A stretch of 64,000 nt of DNA from Okamejei kenojei. Taxonomy: Eukaryota. Numbering within the stretch: position 1 is the stretch's first letter; the number at the start of each line of letters is the position of its first letter. Made by a program: the position numbers and the translations under genes. A model generated the notes under the pieces. It was not told where the DNA came from and did no database searches. It saw only the letters and a list, made by a program, of their open reading frames with translations. The stretch covers positions 35,278,001-35,342,000 of the forward strand of contig CM069150.1 of NCBI GenBank assembly GCA_035221665.1. Reading direction: 5' to 3'. Shown here in pieces: positions 47,236 through 60,920 of the stretch.

Positions 47236-48324
47236 GACGAAGTTTGTAAAAAAAATAACTTTGCAATCTTTGTTAAAAGAACCAGTTAGCAGAGCAGACA
47301 ACATTCACAGTCGGTATTATTTGTTATTTACCTGTTTATCAGAGATTTAGTGATAGGAATAAAAACAGGGATCCCTGTGAACGATTTGCAAGCAAAACAG
47401 CTCTTCACATTAATAAAAAATTGGTGCCAATAAAAATCCCCAGTCACACTAATAGCTGGAAGCATGTGACTGAAATATCTATCTGCAGTGTTTGATCAGT
47501 GCAGAACAGCTGCTCACTGCCTCACCATTCCTACATTTATCACTTGAACCTCTTACCTGGTAATCCTTTAGCAGGTTTGGAAAGCCATTATAATTCATCA
47601 TTTTTAATTAGATATTCCCAAATCATAGAAAAATGTCCTCTAACTACTTCATTTGGCAGGTTATCTGTAAGCATCTGATTGCTTGCTTTATATTTGGATA
47701 CTCTGTACAATGGCCACATCAAATTGATTGTACAATGTTAGGTCAAAAGCAGTCACATGCACTTCCTCCACTGACAGCCCCCAGCTGTGAAGCTTTAAGT
47801 CCCTGATAGTGTTCTCACCCACTTTTCCCATGTCCCCAAGGTGCCTGTTGAAGCCAGCAAAAACATGAGAGTTTCTGTCTTACAGGCCTCTAACTAACTG
47901 ATCGGTGGCTTACTCTGACTGAAAATATGGAGAATAGTGCCGAGAGATTGCAGGTCTCTATTCGAGGTTGCCTGACTACATGACATTCATTTCAAACTGC
48001 ATTAACTGGTCACTCTGAATCCAAACGTTCAGCTTATTATAAATTTAGGATGTTGCAAGTTTGTAATAGGCAACCATCGCAGATGTTTATGTAGTAGGAC
48101 CACCTAAAATCTGTATTTACTTGATATGGGTCAAATGGATTATTATCCAGAAATGTATTCTCAGTCACTGATACTAAAAGCAGCTGTTTGCTGTTTGCAT
48201 TCTGCTTCTGACTTCAATGGAACTGAATTGTAAAAGTGGAGTAATATTTACAGCTGCTGGCATCTTAACACATTTTGCACGACTGACTGAAGGTAATTTT
48301 TTTAAAGCATTTTAAATCGCAAGA

Positions 48325-48560
48325 ACATTAGAAGCAAGTGCAGGAGAAGGCCAATCAGCCCCTTGAGCCTGTTCATGGCTGATCCAATCTTTCCCAAGCC
48401 ACTTGACTCCCATGTAGTTTAAATGCCTTTTAATCTTAGTCTTAAATATCAGCAGTGACTGCCTCCTCTAATGTCTGGGGTAAGACAGGTGGAAGATAAC
48501 CTTTGGAAAAGACATGAGGAGATGAATGTAATTCTAAGTGTCTTTTTAATAACACAGCCC
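48325..48560 (-). mobile_element. Degenerate CR1 3' end
   Basis: GCAGGAGAAGGCCAATCAGCCCCTTGAGCC...CATGGCTGATC. Confidence 0.5.
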
Positions 48561-48749
48561 AATAATAAAAAAAAAACAGCCATAGAACCACAACATGGAG
48601 CAGGCTCTCTGCGAGTTTTCGCCACCAATGAAGTAGCCAGCCACAGTAGTACCACACTGATCCCAATTTTATTCTCCCAGCATTTCCATCAACCCCCCTC
48701 TCCCACAACCGCCACCCCCCTCTCCATTGGTCCCTCCCAATTCCACTAA

Positions 48750-49210
48750 TCACCTACACATGTGGGGCAATTTACGGCTGCTAATTAATCTACCAACCCA
48801 TGTGTCTTTGTGGTGTGGGAGGGAGCCACAGCACCCAGGGGGAAATCCACGCAGTCACTTGGCAAACATGCAAATTTCGGAGCTGGGAGGTGGACAGAAT
48901 TGAGCTCTGATTATTGGAGTTACATTATTTTTGCCACTCTGCTGCCCCTTCTCAGAAAAGTTCAATCAATCCCATTCCCCGGTTTGTTTTCTTGCAATCT
49001 AATCCTTCTCACGTGCACCTTAACTCCCACCTGATTCACCTACCTCTCATCTTCACATAATTAACCACCCGGCCAGCATCTCTCTTGAGATGTGGGAGGA
49101 GAACAACATTGTCACAGGAACAAAGTGCAAACCCCACAAAAGCAACACCAGGGGTCAGGATCGAACCCAGGTCGCTGGAGCTGTGAAACAGCAGCCCAGT
49201 CTGCCACCCT
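48750..49210 (-). mobile_element. Two degenerate V-SINE remnants
   Basis: GGGGCAATTTAC..CTAATTAATCTACC..TGTGGGAGG at 48765-48820, and GGTCAGGATCGAACCCAGGTCGCTGGAGCTGTG at 49152-49185. Confidence 0.6.
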
Positions 49211-52200
49211 TGTATTGGTGCATTAAAACCACTTTTATGACAGAGAGCTGGAACAGACAGCAGTAGAATGTAATAAAAGAGAGACCATCTTCTCCGTGAA
49301 AGACTTAATACTTCTGCCTTGTGACTATCCTTGTGGTCACTATTCTGTCCCATTTTATTGAACGAGAATCCGGTAGAGTTTCCTTGATCAATTAGGTTAA
49401 TGTGTGTGACATACAGAGAGAGAAGGAGGGAGAGGCAACTGTATTTAAATGAAGGATTTAAAAAATCTTTATCTGATTCTCCTTAGTTTTTATATTGCTC
49501 TTCCTACAATTAATTTTGATCAAATTTGCACTTTTGCAAGGGTATTGTGCTTTACACTGCCTCCATCTACTAGTATTCCAGATTAATTTGAAGCCTGACC
49601 TGAGAACCATTCTTTACAATCCCCCCAAGTCTGACTGGTCCTATCCTGCAAAGAGTTAACGCCCCATGAGTTTGTCTCTGATTGAATCATGCTGGCAATC
49701 CATTGTCGTGCAGCCCTCTCCTTCATTTGCTGTTTTTTCCTTCCATCCATCCAGTTTAATTGGGCAGTGTATATAATTTTCAGCTCTACCATCGAACCTC
49801 CACAGAGTCTAGATGCCTCTTTACGTCTGAAGGTTATGTGATGCTGTGTGACCACGCTCAATAACAATTCAATAAAATCAGTCATCACCGAAAATTCTGG
49901 AGCCACAAATCTCATTTTGCTTTAATACAACTGACTACTGGCACAGTTATTATTATATTTCTGGTGTGGAAATTATCTCCTTATCCTGTATAATGCAGAG
50001 TGGTTAGAGTCCTTAGGGGCAGAGAAAACCTTGTCCACTGGTGAAGATCAAGGCAGGCAGACAGCAGATGGATTTGATTGTTCTGTGTCTTGTGTAGACC
50101 TGGGGAGTAGACTTGGGAGGTTAGACATAGAGAAACGAGCGCAGGAGAAGCTCATGGTGGGTTGTGACTGAATGATGCCTGACAGGAAAGCCTTTCAGTC
50201 TTTTGTATTACAAAATAAATTCTGTAGCCCTCTTAAACCCAGCATAAAAAATCTGTCATTCACCTCCCAGGGACTGCGTCATTCAAACTCGAGTTGGACA
50301 TAATAGTAAAATTGCTTTTCTCAAGGCATGTACAGCCAGGTTCAGAATACAAAAGTATCACGCTTTGGGGAGAAGGGGAAAAAAAAGAGAGAAAATGAAG
50401 TTTCAGAAATGTCATTCTGAGGTAATGAGGCGTGGGCAGAAAGTATACCCCGCGCATCATTTGATAGAGATGCTGGTCGAAATAGCTTCATTGATGTGTC
50501 AGCACTCGTCTATCAATCAATCATCCATTACACTTTGCAAGTAACAATAACTGCAAAAGCTACAGGGCAGCTTATACAGTAGAATTCACTTATGGGTATA
50601 AAAAACAGCAGTTAAAATGCAGTTTTGACATGAAAAGCATGAAGCAGGTGATTTTTTTCCTTTATGGCAGGAGGGAAAGATGCTCTAGACCAAGAAGCTC
50701 GTTTGGTGTTATGGTCGTGGTTTGACTTTATTTAATGTTGCATCCAGATTCGGAAAGGAAAGTTGGTTCACTCCTTTTATCTTTAGTACCACACATCGAG
50801 AAACGAGTCAAGCAGGAAAGAAGGCCGCACTTAGCCAAACACCTCGTTTGTACACAGAAATGAGGAATTAAAATTATATCATTGATAATCAATTTTCCAA
50901 AGTGACATGCAGCTCCTCTATTGACCCAGAGCTGCGCAGTGAACAGCTTTTTCTTTGGATTCCATATGTTCTGTTGTTTTGCAAATCTCTTTGCTGTGTG
51001 CCAACATGAGGGCAATATTTTGATTTTTTTTTTTAGTTCTGGCTCGCCTCCAACGTAGATTAAAATTATTAATGTTTTACTGTAGGAATCCTTTTGATTA
51101 TGGCTATCCATCATTTTGTTGTAAAACAGAGAAAGATATTTCAACAAAACCTGCTAGGCAACAATTTTTAAACGTGTGTTTTGAATGTAATTGCCTCATG
51201 TATTTGCCGTCACCAAAATATGCAGTTTTCTTTCAATTCAGATGCGAAGCTATTGTTAAATTAAAATCTTCAACTTGCGAGTCATCAAATTATACTGACA
51301 GCAAGCTTCTGTTTAAAGTCATGCCTATGGCTAGAGGCACTAAGAGAACCAGTTAGTCCTGTTCTTCACTCTTATGTCTGTGCTCTGATGCCCATTCTAA
51401 TTGCTGGCAGGTCAGACAGCAAATAAAATTTGATGCATGCCAGCAAAGATTGTATCTCTATGTCCACATTTGGATGTAAAAAGCTACGTTTGTTGAAAAG
51501 ATAAAATGCACTTGGCAAATATATCCAGATCACAGATTCACGTCTGTGTTACTGTTTCAAACAAATAGCATTTACAGCAAGGGGCACAAACGATGAGAAT
51601 CACATCTTCATATTTTGGGATGACTGCGCTAATCAGTGGCAATTTGAGAACACCAATGTGTTGAAGTTAGTCTATTGAATTTAATTTGGTAATGTTTGAT
51701 CTTTTCTCTTAAATTCCTTTCTCCCTCTCAAAGTGCAAAAGGGCTGAAGTAAGAATTTGAATAGGGCAAGACTTCCTGCAGAACAATAAACAAATGGCCA
51801 ACATCATTCTGTGTTGGTGTTAACCCTGCATTACAATTGTCTAGCTCTGCTATTTTAAAAAGTTTAATTAGTAAGTAACGTTACATTCCCACAACCAAAG
51901 TATTTATCCAGTCACATCCGGTGTCACAATATTGCAAGATGAATGCAATATTACATGAAAAGGAGTAAAGCATGTTTGGATTTCATTATTAGCAAACAAT
52001 AATGTTCACCCCATTCATTTTGACCTGTTACTGGTGTATGGATGTTATCAGGACATTCTAAAGATGCCCTGGGAAGGAATGATCATTGCGGTGGCGTAAA
52101 TCTCAGTGGAAATGAGTGTATCCCAATTGATTTCAGTTTGTGAAGCTCTGGACTGGAATCTGAATTGCAGCCAAAAAAAAATACACAGCTCGTCATATTA

Positions 52201-54964
52201 ACTAGTGCCGAATAGATCTGATTCCCAGTAATAGTAGATCTGCATATGTAAAGTCTCGGATGTTTGACAACACAAGGACATACGGCCAAATAAAAAGAAG
52301 TAATCCCACAGCTGCCAGAGCAGCAAACATCCACAAGTCCTTAATTGAAACAGAACAAAAATTGAATAGAAAATCAAATCATGGAAAAAAAGTAAATGCC
52401 AGTCCCCTAAAATTGGATAGATTACAAAAACATGAGACCTATGTTTCATTATTAAATTGTAATATTCATTCAAATTGTTAGATTTTAATTAGATGAAGAT
52501 AAGAGATAAGGTTTATTTTCAGGATAATTAAAATAGCTATAACCAGACAGAGGGAGAACAATTAAAGTATCCTACAAGTGCTGGACTCTGTCCTGCTATC
52601 TGGAAAGTGACCAAACACTTTGCAAACTTGGTACTCAAAATTAGAGTTAACCAGCATAAAGAACAGCTGTTAAGTCTTCTAATATAATTTTCTTGCTAAA
52701 AAGCAGTTACATGGAGAGTATAGATTAAATATATCTCTAGAAATGGAAAATGAAGCGACCCAATTAGCAATGCGAAGACTACAGTAAGAGTGTCATTCAC
52801 ATAACGTTGCCACAGTAGTGTTATGGTTTTTTTTTAACCCTTGCATAATTAGCAGCTTGTGTTAACATTCCTTACACTGAACTTCCAGCCACACATTGCA
52901 CCTGGTATAGGCCTGTCACAGCAGTAATAAAATCAAATCAGCACGCCGTTTCAGATAAATTTGAGGAAATCAGCAGGATTGTGGAGACCCAAAGATTGAT
53001 CTTTTTTTTCTTTACGCAATGGATAAATTTCATACCAGTGTCATCGTTTGAAAATGAAGGAGGACTAGAGTGCTGTAAATGTTTATTTACACTTTCCAGA
53101 ATACACTAAAAATAACAAGGACTTGCAGCAAACTACAAACAAAGCTCGTAGCTAAGTATCGATTCCAGACAACTAGAACCTTGTATTATACTAGTTGCTT
53201 TTCCACAGATACAACGGGGCAATAAAATGGTTAAATCCGAGTACTCTACATAACTGTGCTGTTTATGTAAAAAATAACTAGAGATATTCAAGATGGCTGA
53301 CACCAGTAGTCCTCTGGTTACTTCGTGTACCCTTATAGTTTACTCAAGTCTAAATATAGCCTGCTAATACGTATTCAGACATTTTATAACTCAAGTGCAT
53401 GTTGTATATAAATATTCTTACCTTCATTTTTTTTTAAACTTCCAGTTGTATACTTACTTGAAACTCAAAAACTTGGGTGGATTGGGTTTGACGGGGTGGG
53501 GGAGGGAGAACATGGGCGTGGGGGGCGTGGGAAGTTGCATTGTTTAAGAATACATTAGAGAAGTTAGAAGAAACTGCACTTCAATTTTTATTATGAAGAC
53601 ATGAAGCACTGTAAATACATGTAAAATATTCAACCCAAAGTAACTGTTAGGGTCTATGTTTTCATGTTGTATTGGTTGTTCTTTTGAAAAGATGTTCCAC
53701 TTTTTTTGGTACAGATTATTTACCTGCCAAATGCTGTTTTGACTTCTGGCTTTCAGCTTTTGAGCAGTTTAAATATCACAGAAAGATTTGGCTGTTTTCT
53801 AATATGGCACTAGTCACAACAAAACTAGCCAAAATAAAGTCACCTTACTCTGAAGTGCTGTTTAACAGCATGTTTCTCCAACTGCATATATTGTCAATAT
53901 TATTGATAGATAAAATCCCCTGATATGCCTCAGCAGAGTATCATGTAAATGTTTAGACTGCAGAGACAAACAAAGTAAGATTTCTCGTGCTTTGATTTGA
54001 TACTTATTTATTGAATCTTTTAATCAGTATATGAAAAAGACAACCAAGTAAATATAAGCTATTAAGTAGCAAAGCAACATTGAACATTGAGGAAAAAAAA
54101 TGCCAGCCATATATTTATGCACTGACTTCCAAAATAAATGAAGTTTCCTTTGCATTTCCACCAAGCAATTATTATTATTTTTTAAATAAAGTCCGTGAAA
54201 TTATTTCCTGGCATTGAATAGAATTGTCCAAGATTATAGTCTTATATTGAATGAAAGTTCTTTGTCGTTAAAGAAATGCAATTTTTGTTGTTGTTTGAAA
54301 TCTATTCATGATCTGATTCTCACTGATGTATAATTTTGTGACAGACTGCCTTTTTGTTTTAGTACAGTGGTTCCTGTACTGTTTGTATTGAACTTAATTT
54401 GAAACTGCTTGTAGTGTTGATCCACCAGGGCACAAGCCATGAAAAAGCTTGTTTGTGTCAGACTGGGCTCTCCAATGATAATGATAATGACCTATAATAC
54501 AGAAAAAAAGTGGATATGTATAAAAAACAAACTGATGCACTTATTAAAGAGACTATTTATATGATTAAAAAATATATATTTAGATTTTTTCCAAGCACAA
54601 CTCTGAACAAAAAGTGCTCTTTTTATTCTTTATGAAAATGAACTGTTTCTGATCTTTCTACATCAGGCTAAATAAACTCTGTAAGGACATTTGAAGAAAT
54701 TGCTTTTTGTGCTTTCATTGCATTATATTCAATATTATTGCGACTTCAATGACAAGGTTCACGTTTTATCCACACCTGCTTTTTGTCACACTCGGCACTC
54801 AATCTGAGTTATCAGCCCAAGGTAGATGGTGTGAAAGTTGGGTTTAAAAGTTGATATTGAGCCTCAGAAAGAGTAAAGAGGCTGGAATAATGTGAGGATT
54901 AGGCCCATAAAGACAGGCCACCACTGATGAGACAACATAAATTAGCTGTACACAAGTGGCCAGA

Positions 54965-55378
54965 GATGAATGGTTGAGCAGGCTGGGACTCTCCCTGGAG
55001 CGCAGGAGGAAGAGGGGTGATCTTATAGAGGTGTATAAAATCATGAGATGAATAGATCGGGTGGACGCACAGTCTCATACCCAGTGTTGGGGAATCAAGA
55101 AACAGAGGGCATAGGTTTAAGGTGAAGGGGGAGAGATTTTATAGAAATCTGAGGGGTAACTTTTTCACACAAAGGGTGGTGGGTGTATGGAACGAGCTGC
55201 CCTAGGAGGTAGTCGAGGCAGGGACTATTGCAATGTTTAACAAGCAATTGGACAGGTACATGGATAGGACAGGTTTAGAGGGATATGGGCCAAGCACAAG
55301 CAAGTTGGACTAGTATAGATCGGACAACTTGGTCGTTTGGGGTAAGTTGGGCCAAAGGGCATGTTTCCATGCTGTGAC
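54965..55378 (+). mobile_element. CR1/HER1-like LINE 3' fragment
   Basis: GGTGATCTTATAGAGGTGTATAAAATCATGAG...TTTTTCACACAAAGGGTGGTGGGTGTATGGAAC. Confidence 0.85.
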
Positions 55379-55739
55379 AATGAATACTGAGTATGGAGAA
55401 GACCAGAGAAGCTTTACACAGTTAAAGGGAATGCCATATCTAGAAACTGATGACACATGGCTGAATGAAGCTTGGACTTTGTTAGGCTGAAGCAAACAGA
55501 GTTCAGCTTGAGTAAAAGACTGGAATAATCAACCCTATACATTAAAAGGCACATTTGGGGTTTCAGAAATGGTTACTTCTAACAAAAATAAACAACAACA
55601 AAAAAAAAAGAAGAAAAAAAGAAATGGTCAACGAAAAATGATATAAATAAGAAGACAATGTGGCTTTCCTGGGACTCTGGTTCTGCTTCCCAATAATGTG
55701 TCCAAGTGTTTATTCATGTTAATGAATGTAATTTATAGA

Positions 55740-55864
55740 CAAGAACTGCAGATGCTGGTTTACACCGAAGATAGATACAAAATGCTGGAGTAACTCGACA
55801 GGACAGGCAACGCCTCTGGAGAGAAGGAATGGGTGACTATTCGGGTCGAGATCCTTCTTCAGAT
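55740..55864 (-). mobile_element. Penelope-like pLTR fragment
   Basis: GAACTGCAGATGCTGGTTTACACCGAAGATAG...CGGGTCGAGATCCTTCTTCAG. Confidence 0.85.
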
Positions 55865-56027
55865 AATATCGTTTACTGCTTTAAAGATAGTCTCAGTACG
55901 TTATTGCATTGGGATCACCAGTTGCGTGCCAATGCACTTCAATGACTTTGGTTCTTCATCCACATCCACATGCATAGTAATTCCAGAAAGGGTGATTGAA
56001 CAATAACCAAGAGAATGAACCCAAATG

Positions 56028-56190
56028 GAGGAAGAACTGCAGAAGCTTGTTTACACCAAGGATAGACACAAAATGCTGGAATAACTCAGCAGGACAGGCA
56101 GTATCTATGGATAGGTGATGTTTCAGGGTCTCGATCCACAAAAAGTCACCCATTCCTTCTATCCAGTGATGCTGCCTTTCCTCCTGAGTT
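56028..56190. mobile_element. Degenerate inverted pLTR unit
   Basis: GAACTGCAG...AACTCAGCAGGACAGGCA, then GGGTCTCGATCC..GTCACCCATTCCTTC..GATGCTGCC. Confidence 0.7.
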
Positions 56191-56214
56191 ATGAGTTTGA
56201 AATGAACCCAAGTG

Positions 56215-57300
56215 TTCAATAGACAATAGGTGCAGGAGTAGGCCATTCGGCCCTTCGAGTGAGCACCTCCATTCAATGTGATCATGGCTGTTCATCCACA
56301 ATCAGTACCCCATTCCTGCCTTCTCTGCCATTTCCCCTGACTCCGCTATCTTTAAGAGCTCTATCTAACTCTCTCTTGAAAGCATCCAGAGAATTAGCCT
56401 CCACTGCCCTCTGAGGCAGAATATTCCACAGATTCACAACTCTCTGGGTGAATTTTTTTTCCTCATCTCCGTTCTAAAGGGCGTACCCCTAATTCTTAAA
56501 CTGTGGCCCCTGGTTCTGGATTCCCCCAACATCGGGAACATGTTTCCAGCCTCTAGTGTATCCAATAATCTTATATGTTTCAATAAGATATCCTCTCATC
56601 CTTCTAAATTCCAGAGTATACAAGCCCAGCCGTTCCATTCTCTCAACATATGACAGTCCCGCCATCCCAGGAATTAACCTTGTGAACCTTTGCTGCACTA
56701 GCAAGAATATCCTTCCTCAGATTTGGAGACCAAAACTGGACACAATACTCCAGGAGTGGTCTCACTAGGACCCTATACAACTGTAGAAGGACCTCTTTGT
56801 TCCTATACTCAACTCCTCTTGTTATGAAGGCCAACATGCCCTGGGCTTTCTTCGCTGCCTGCTGTACCTGCATGCTTACTTTCAGTGACTGATTTACAAG
56901 GACCCCCAGATCCCGTTGTACTTCCCCTTTTCCCAACTTGATGCCATTCAGATAATAATCTGCCTTCCTGTTTTTGCCACCAAAGTGAATAGCCTCACAT
57001 TTATCCACATTAAACTGCATCTGCCCACTCACCCAACCTGTCCAAGTCACCCTGCATCCTCCTCACACTAGAGCAGTACCCCACTAATCACTGCCTGTCA
57101 TTCTGAAAGGGTTAATCCCTACTCTTTGTTTCCTGTCTGCCAACTAATTTTCTATCCATTCCAGTACCCTATCCCCAATACCATGTGCTCTAATTTTGCC
57201 CACTAATCTCCTATGTGGGACCTTATCAAATGCTTTCTTAAAGTCAAGGTACACTACATCCACTGGCTCACCCTTGTCCATTTTCCTAGTTAAATCCTCA
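56215..57300 (-). mobile_element. CR1 LINE with reverse-transcriptase remnant
   Basis: MDKGEPVDVVYLDFKKAFDKVPHRRL; QMQFNVDKCE..RDLGVLV..LYRVLVRPLLEYCVQFWSP. Contains internal deletions and frameshifts. Confidence 0.95.
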
Positions 57301-57458
57301 AAACTGTGTGTTCGGTCACAGAGAGCAACTCCAATTGAAATTAGCAATTCATCACAGTCTAGAAAATAAAATAATGTACCTTTGAGTTAATACGGAGTGC
57401 CTTTACAAGGTAAGTTATCAGCAGAGTTTCCTGGATGTGTTTTTCTGTTATATGTACA

Positions 57459-57667
57459 GAAATGCTGGTTTACACCAAAGATAGACACAAAATGCTGGAT
57501 TAATTCAACGGGCAGCAGCATCTCTGGAGAAATGGATTAGATGACGCTTCGGTTCGAAACTCTTCAGGTTTTCTAATCAAGGGTCTCAACCCGAAAAGTG
57601 ACCTATTCCTTTTCTCCAGAGATGCTGCCTGACCCGCTGAGTTACTCCAGCATTTATGCTTATCTTC
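57459..57667. mobile_element. Inverted Penelope-like pLTR unit
   Basis: GATAGACACAAAATGCTGG... followed by the reverse arm ...CCAGAGATGCTGCCTGACCCGCTGAGTTACTCCAGC. Confidence 0.75.
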
Positions 57668-58165
57668 TGCTTTCATGTTATTTCAGGTGGAAATGTTAAT
57701 TTTATCACAGGGCCATTTTCTATCCAAACCAATCAGCAAAATATGGCAATGTTCAATTTGATCACGTGAAAGTTAAGACACAGATTACCGAGAACCACCT
57801 CCCACATTGCCCTGACATGGAGAAATAAAGCTTATACTTATGCCAAGAAATTTTGTAAAATTCAGGTCTTTTCACATTCCTTACACTGACACTTTAAGAT
57901 GATTAATGTTGGGCTGGGAAGATGGATTAACGCTTTAAGTACTGTGCTGACACTCTAATGAGAATCTCGACTGTGTGCATAGTACTCCTGCAGAGAAACT
58001 TTCTGATTTATTATGGGGAAAGATATAGCATCATTATAAACAGCACTTGTGCTAAAATCCCATGAGGAATTTCTGATGCTATTAATGCTACACTTATGCA
58101 TATTTCCTCAAATGTCATATAGTTAAAAGGCGTACATGGCAACTATAACTGATTGTCTCCGAGAA

Positions 58166-58420
58166 TCTTCTTCTTAGGCAGTCCTATGGGATTGAGGATG
58201 ACTTGCTTCCACTCTGGTTTTGTGGGTTCCGAGGTGGCTGATGAGGTCAATGTGGAAACCGCAGACTCCTCATCTACATGGATGATGTGAAGTTCTTTGG
58301 CCACTGAGGTGCGGTGGTTAAGACGGACCCTGATGATGACTTTCCCTGTGCCAGACAGCAGAGGGACACCTCTGTAATAGTTGGCCACCCACTTTCTGGA
58401 AGATGGCCTTGACTGCAGCA
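58166..58420 (-). mobile_element. Internally deleted RTE LINE
   Basis: NYYRGVPLLSGTGKVIIRVRLN (RT start, NYRGISLLS-like) joined to an RTE-type 3' end with a (GAA)n tail. Confidence 0.65.
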
Positions 58421-58494
58421 TTTCTGAAGTCCCGGGTTTAACTTCAACTTTCTAAATGTGGCTTTAATGAACATGAATATGTAACTGAAGCTTA

Positions 58495-58773
58495 GTCGTT
58501 AGAGATACTGCGTGGAAACAGGCCCTTCGGCCCACCAAGTCCACGCTGACCAGCCATCCCCGTACACCAGCACTATCCCACACACTAGGGACAGTATACA
58601 ATATTTACCAAAGGCAAATTAACCTACAAACCTGTACATCTGTGGAGTGTGGAAGGAAACTGGAGCACCCGCAGAAAAACCCACATGGTCACAGTGAGAA
58701 CGTACAAACTCTGCATCCATAGTCAGTTCTCTTTCACTGTAAGGCAGCAACTTTACCGCTGCACCGTTGTGCC
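58495..58773 (-). mobile_element. HE1-type V-SINE (internal deletion)
   Basis: Head, V-domain and tail in reverse orientation. Confidence 0.85.
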
Positions 58774-58960
58774 AACCCTTCACCGCTCTTCACCGTTGAG
58801 TCGGGAGACTGTCTGCTCTGGAGATTTAAAAAAAAAATAATTTTAATTGGCTGTAGCATTGATCCAGCAGATAAATAGACAAAGTCTCTCAGTCTGAGGC
58901 CCTCGCTCTAGTCGAGGGCCCTTAAGGACCAATTCTCCTGCCTGAATGTTAGCGTAGAAT

Positions 58961-59094
58961 AGTCCGAAGAAGGGTCACGACCCAAAAGGTCACCTTTTCC
59001 TTTTCTCCCGAGATGCTGTCTGACCCGCTGAGTTACTCCAAATTTTTGTGTCTATCTTCGATTTAAACCAGCATGTGCAGTTCCTTCCTACACA
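58961..59094 (+). mobile_element. Penelope-like pLTR fragment
   Basis: AGTCCGAAGAAGGGTCACGACCCAAAAGGTCACC...GAGTTACTCCA...GCAGTTCCTTCCTACACA. Confidence 0.8.
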
Positions 59095-59249
59095 ATATTC
59101 GGGACATTAATACTGGAAAATAATCAATGCAGTTGTTTATGTTATCTACCAATATCTATCACTAGTTCACTGACTCCTTTACCTCAATTTTTCCAGTACT
59201 TCGATCCATTACAAATATTGTCCATTCTCAATCTCTGACATATCTCCTC

Positions 59250-60075
59250 TAATATGACTTTCCGCACTATCCCGTTATGAGGTATTTTCCTTAAACTGTA
59301 GCTTTCCCCCCACCATAGCTGACAGGGCTCTCAATCACAACTCCATATCTTGCACTTGTGCTTTCACCTCCTCCCCTCCCAGTCAGAACACGTGAACCGC
59401 TGTCTTAGTCTTCCACTCCACCAGCCTCCACATCCAATAGATCATCTCCATAATCCACCATCTCCAACGCACACCATACTCAGCGCACATCTTCATCTCT
59501 GCACCCTGCTCCTCCCCTTTCAGCATTTCAAATGGACCACTCTCTCACTCTTACCCACTCTTCCATGCCGCAGACTATTGACCTTCTGACACTTTGCCAT
59601 GCAATCACAGGACATGTGATCACAGGTCTGAAGCAGGGTCTCGACATGAAACATCACCCGTTCCTTCTCTCCAGAGATGCTGCCTGTCCACACTGAGTTA
59701 CTCCAGCTTTTTTTGTGTCTATCTTCAGTTTAAACCAGCATCTGCAGTTCATTCTTACACATACATTGACGGATTTCTCTGCAGGACACCTCCATTCAAT
59801 CCACAGTGCTCCTTCTCTGCCCGCTCTGCAGGACGCCTCCATTCTGTGCCTCCACTCTCCTGCCATTGCCATTCTGTCTATGCACAACATAACCCCCAGA
59901 GTTCTGTATAGAATTCAACAATATTTGAGATGATATGTTCCTGCCTCTAGGTGCCAGAGTTTAAAGTAATTGTTACTTTGACGGCTTTGGTCTTATTATT
60001 CTGTCATTATTCTGTCACTCTTCCAGTTCTGATGAAGTGTCATCAATCGGAAACATTGATTCTGGTTCTGTTTCC
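59250..60075 (+). mobile_element. Old Penelope-like ORF remnant ending in a decayed hammerhead
   Basis: Decayed FPPTIADRAL...FHSTSLHIQ.II..PLSAF...PCNHRTC linker and RF.GHLHSI, then CAGTTCTGATGAAGTGTCATCAATCGGAAACATT at 60024-60057. Confidence 0.6.
59622..59761 (+). mobile_element. Younger Penelope-like pLTR nested in the old element
   Basis: GGTCTGAAGCAGGGTCTCGACATGAAACATCACCC...TTTAAACCAGCATCTGCAGTTC. Confidence 0.8.
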
Positions 60076-60245
60076 ATGAGGTAACTTTTCCACGCCAAGG
60101 GTGGTGGGTGTATGGAATGAGCTGCCGGAGGACTTGGTTGAGGCAGGGACTGTCGCAACGTTTAAGAAACATTTAGACAGGTACATGGATAGGACAGGTT
60201 TAGAGGGATATGAACCAAACACAGGCAGGTGGGACAAGTGTAATG
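60076..60245 (+). mobile_element. CR1/HER1-like fragment
   Basis: GGGTGGTGGGTGTATGGAATGAGCTGCC...GACAGGTACATGGATAGG. Confidence 0.8.
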
Positions 60246-60920
60246 GGTCAGATAGCATCTCAGGAGAATACAGGTAGGGAACATTTTGGGTCTTGACTCT
60301 TTTTCAGACTGATTGTACAGGGGGGGGGGGGGAGGGGGGAGGAAAGAAAGCTGGAAGAGGGGAGGGGAGGGGCAGGTAGGTAGGCAGACAGGTGAGGAGG
60401 GTTATTTGATAAGGCAGATGTTTTTTTTAATAAATGGATTCAAGAGTTGCAAAGAATTGTGAAGCCTGAGGAGGGAATGTAGGTGGAAGGGGGGAAAATG
60501 TTTAGGTCTAGGTGGGGTACAGGGGGAATGGGGGTGCACGAGGGAATGAGGGGGAGAGTGTATGGAGGTGAGAAGGGAGAGTGTCATGTAGTTACCTAAA
60601 GCTGGGAAATTCAATGTTCGTACTATTGGGTTGTAACCTGTTGTTCCTCCAAAGCTCACTCTGGCATTGGAGGAGGCTCAGGACTGAAAGGTTAGCTTGG
60701 GAATGGGAAGAGGGGTTAAAATGGTTAGCAACCGGGAGGTCCTACAGGCCTTGGCCAACAAGTGCAAGTGGTCGACAAAACCGTTACTGAGGCTACGTTC
60801 GATCTTTCCAATGTACAGGAGGCTGCCTGATGCAGTAGATGAGGTTAGAGGAGGTAGACATGAAGTTCCGTCTCAGCTGAAAGGATTGCTGGGATCCCCT
60901 GGATGGAGGTGATGGAGACG
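60246..60920 (-). mobile_element. Degenerate Penelope-like element (GIY-YIG plus pLTR)
   Basis: Minus strand IQGSQQSFQLRRNFMSTSSNLIYCI...LYIG...RF...LPVANHFN, followed by a decayed pLTR. Confidence 0.7.

Noticed and set aside
53000-54700. Possible 3' UTR (TGTAAATA, TATTTAT, AATAAA motifs)
   Set aside because: No upstream terminal coding exon was found, and such motifs are expected in AT-rich DNA.
58898-58920. GGCCCTCG/CGAGGGCC hairpin
   Set aside because: An isolated 8-bp stem is expected by chance in 64 kb.
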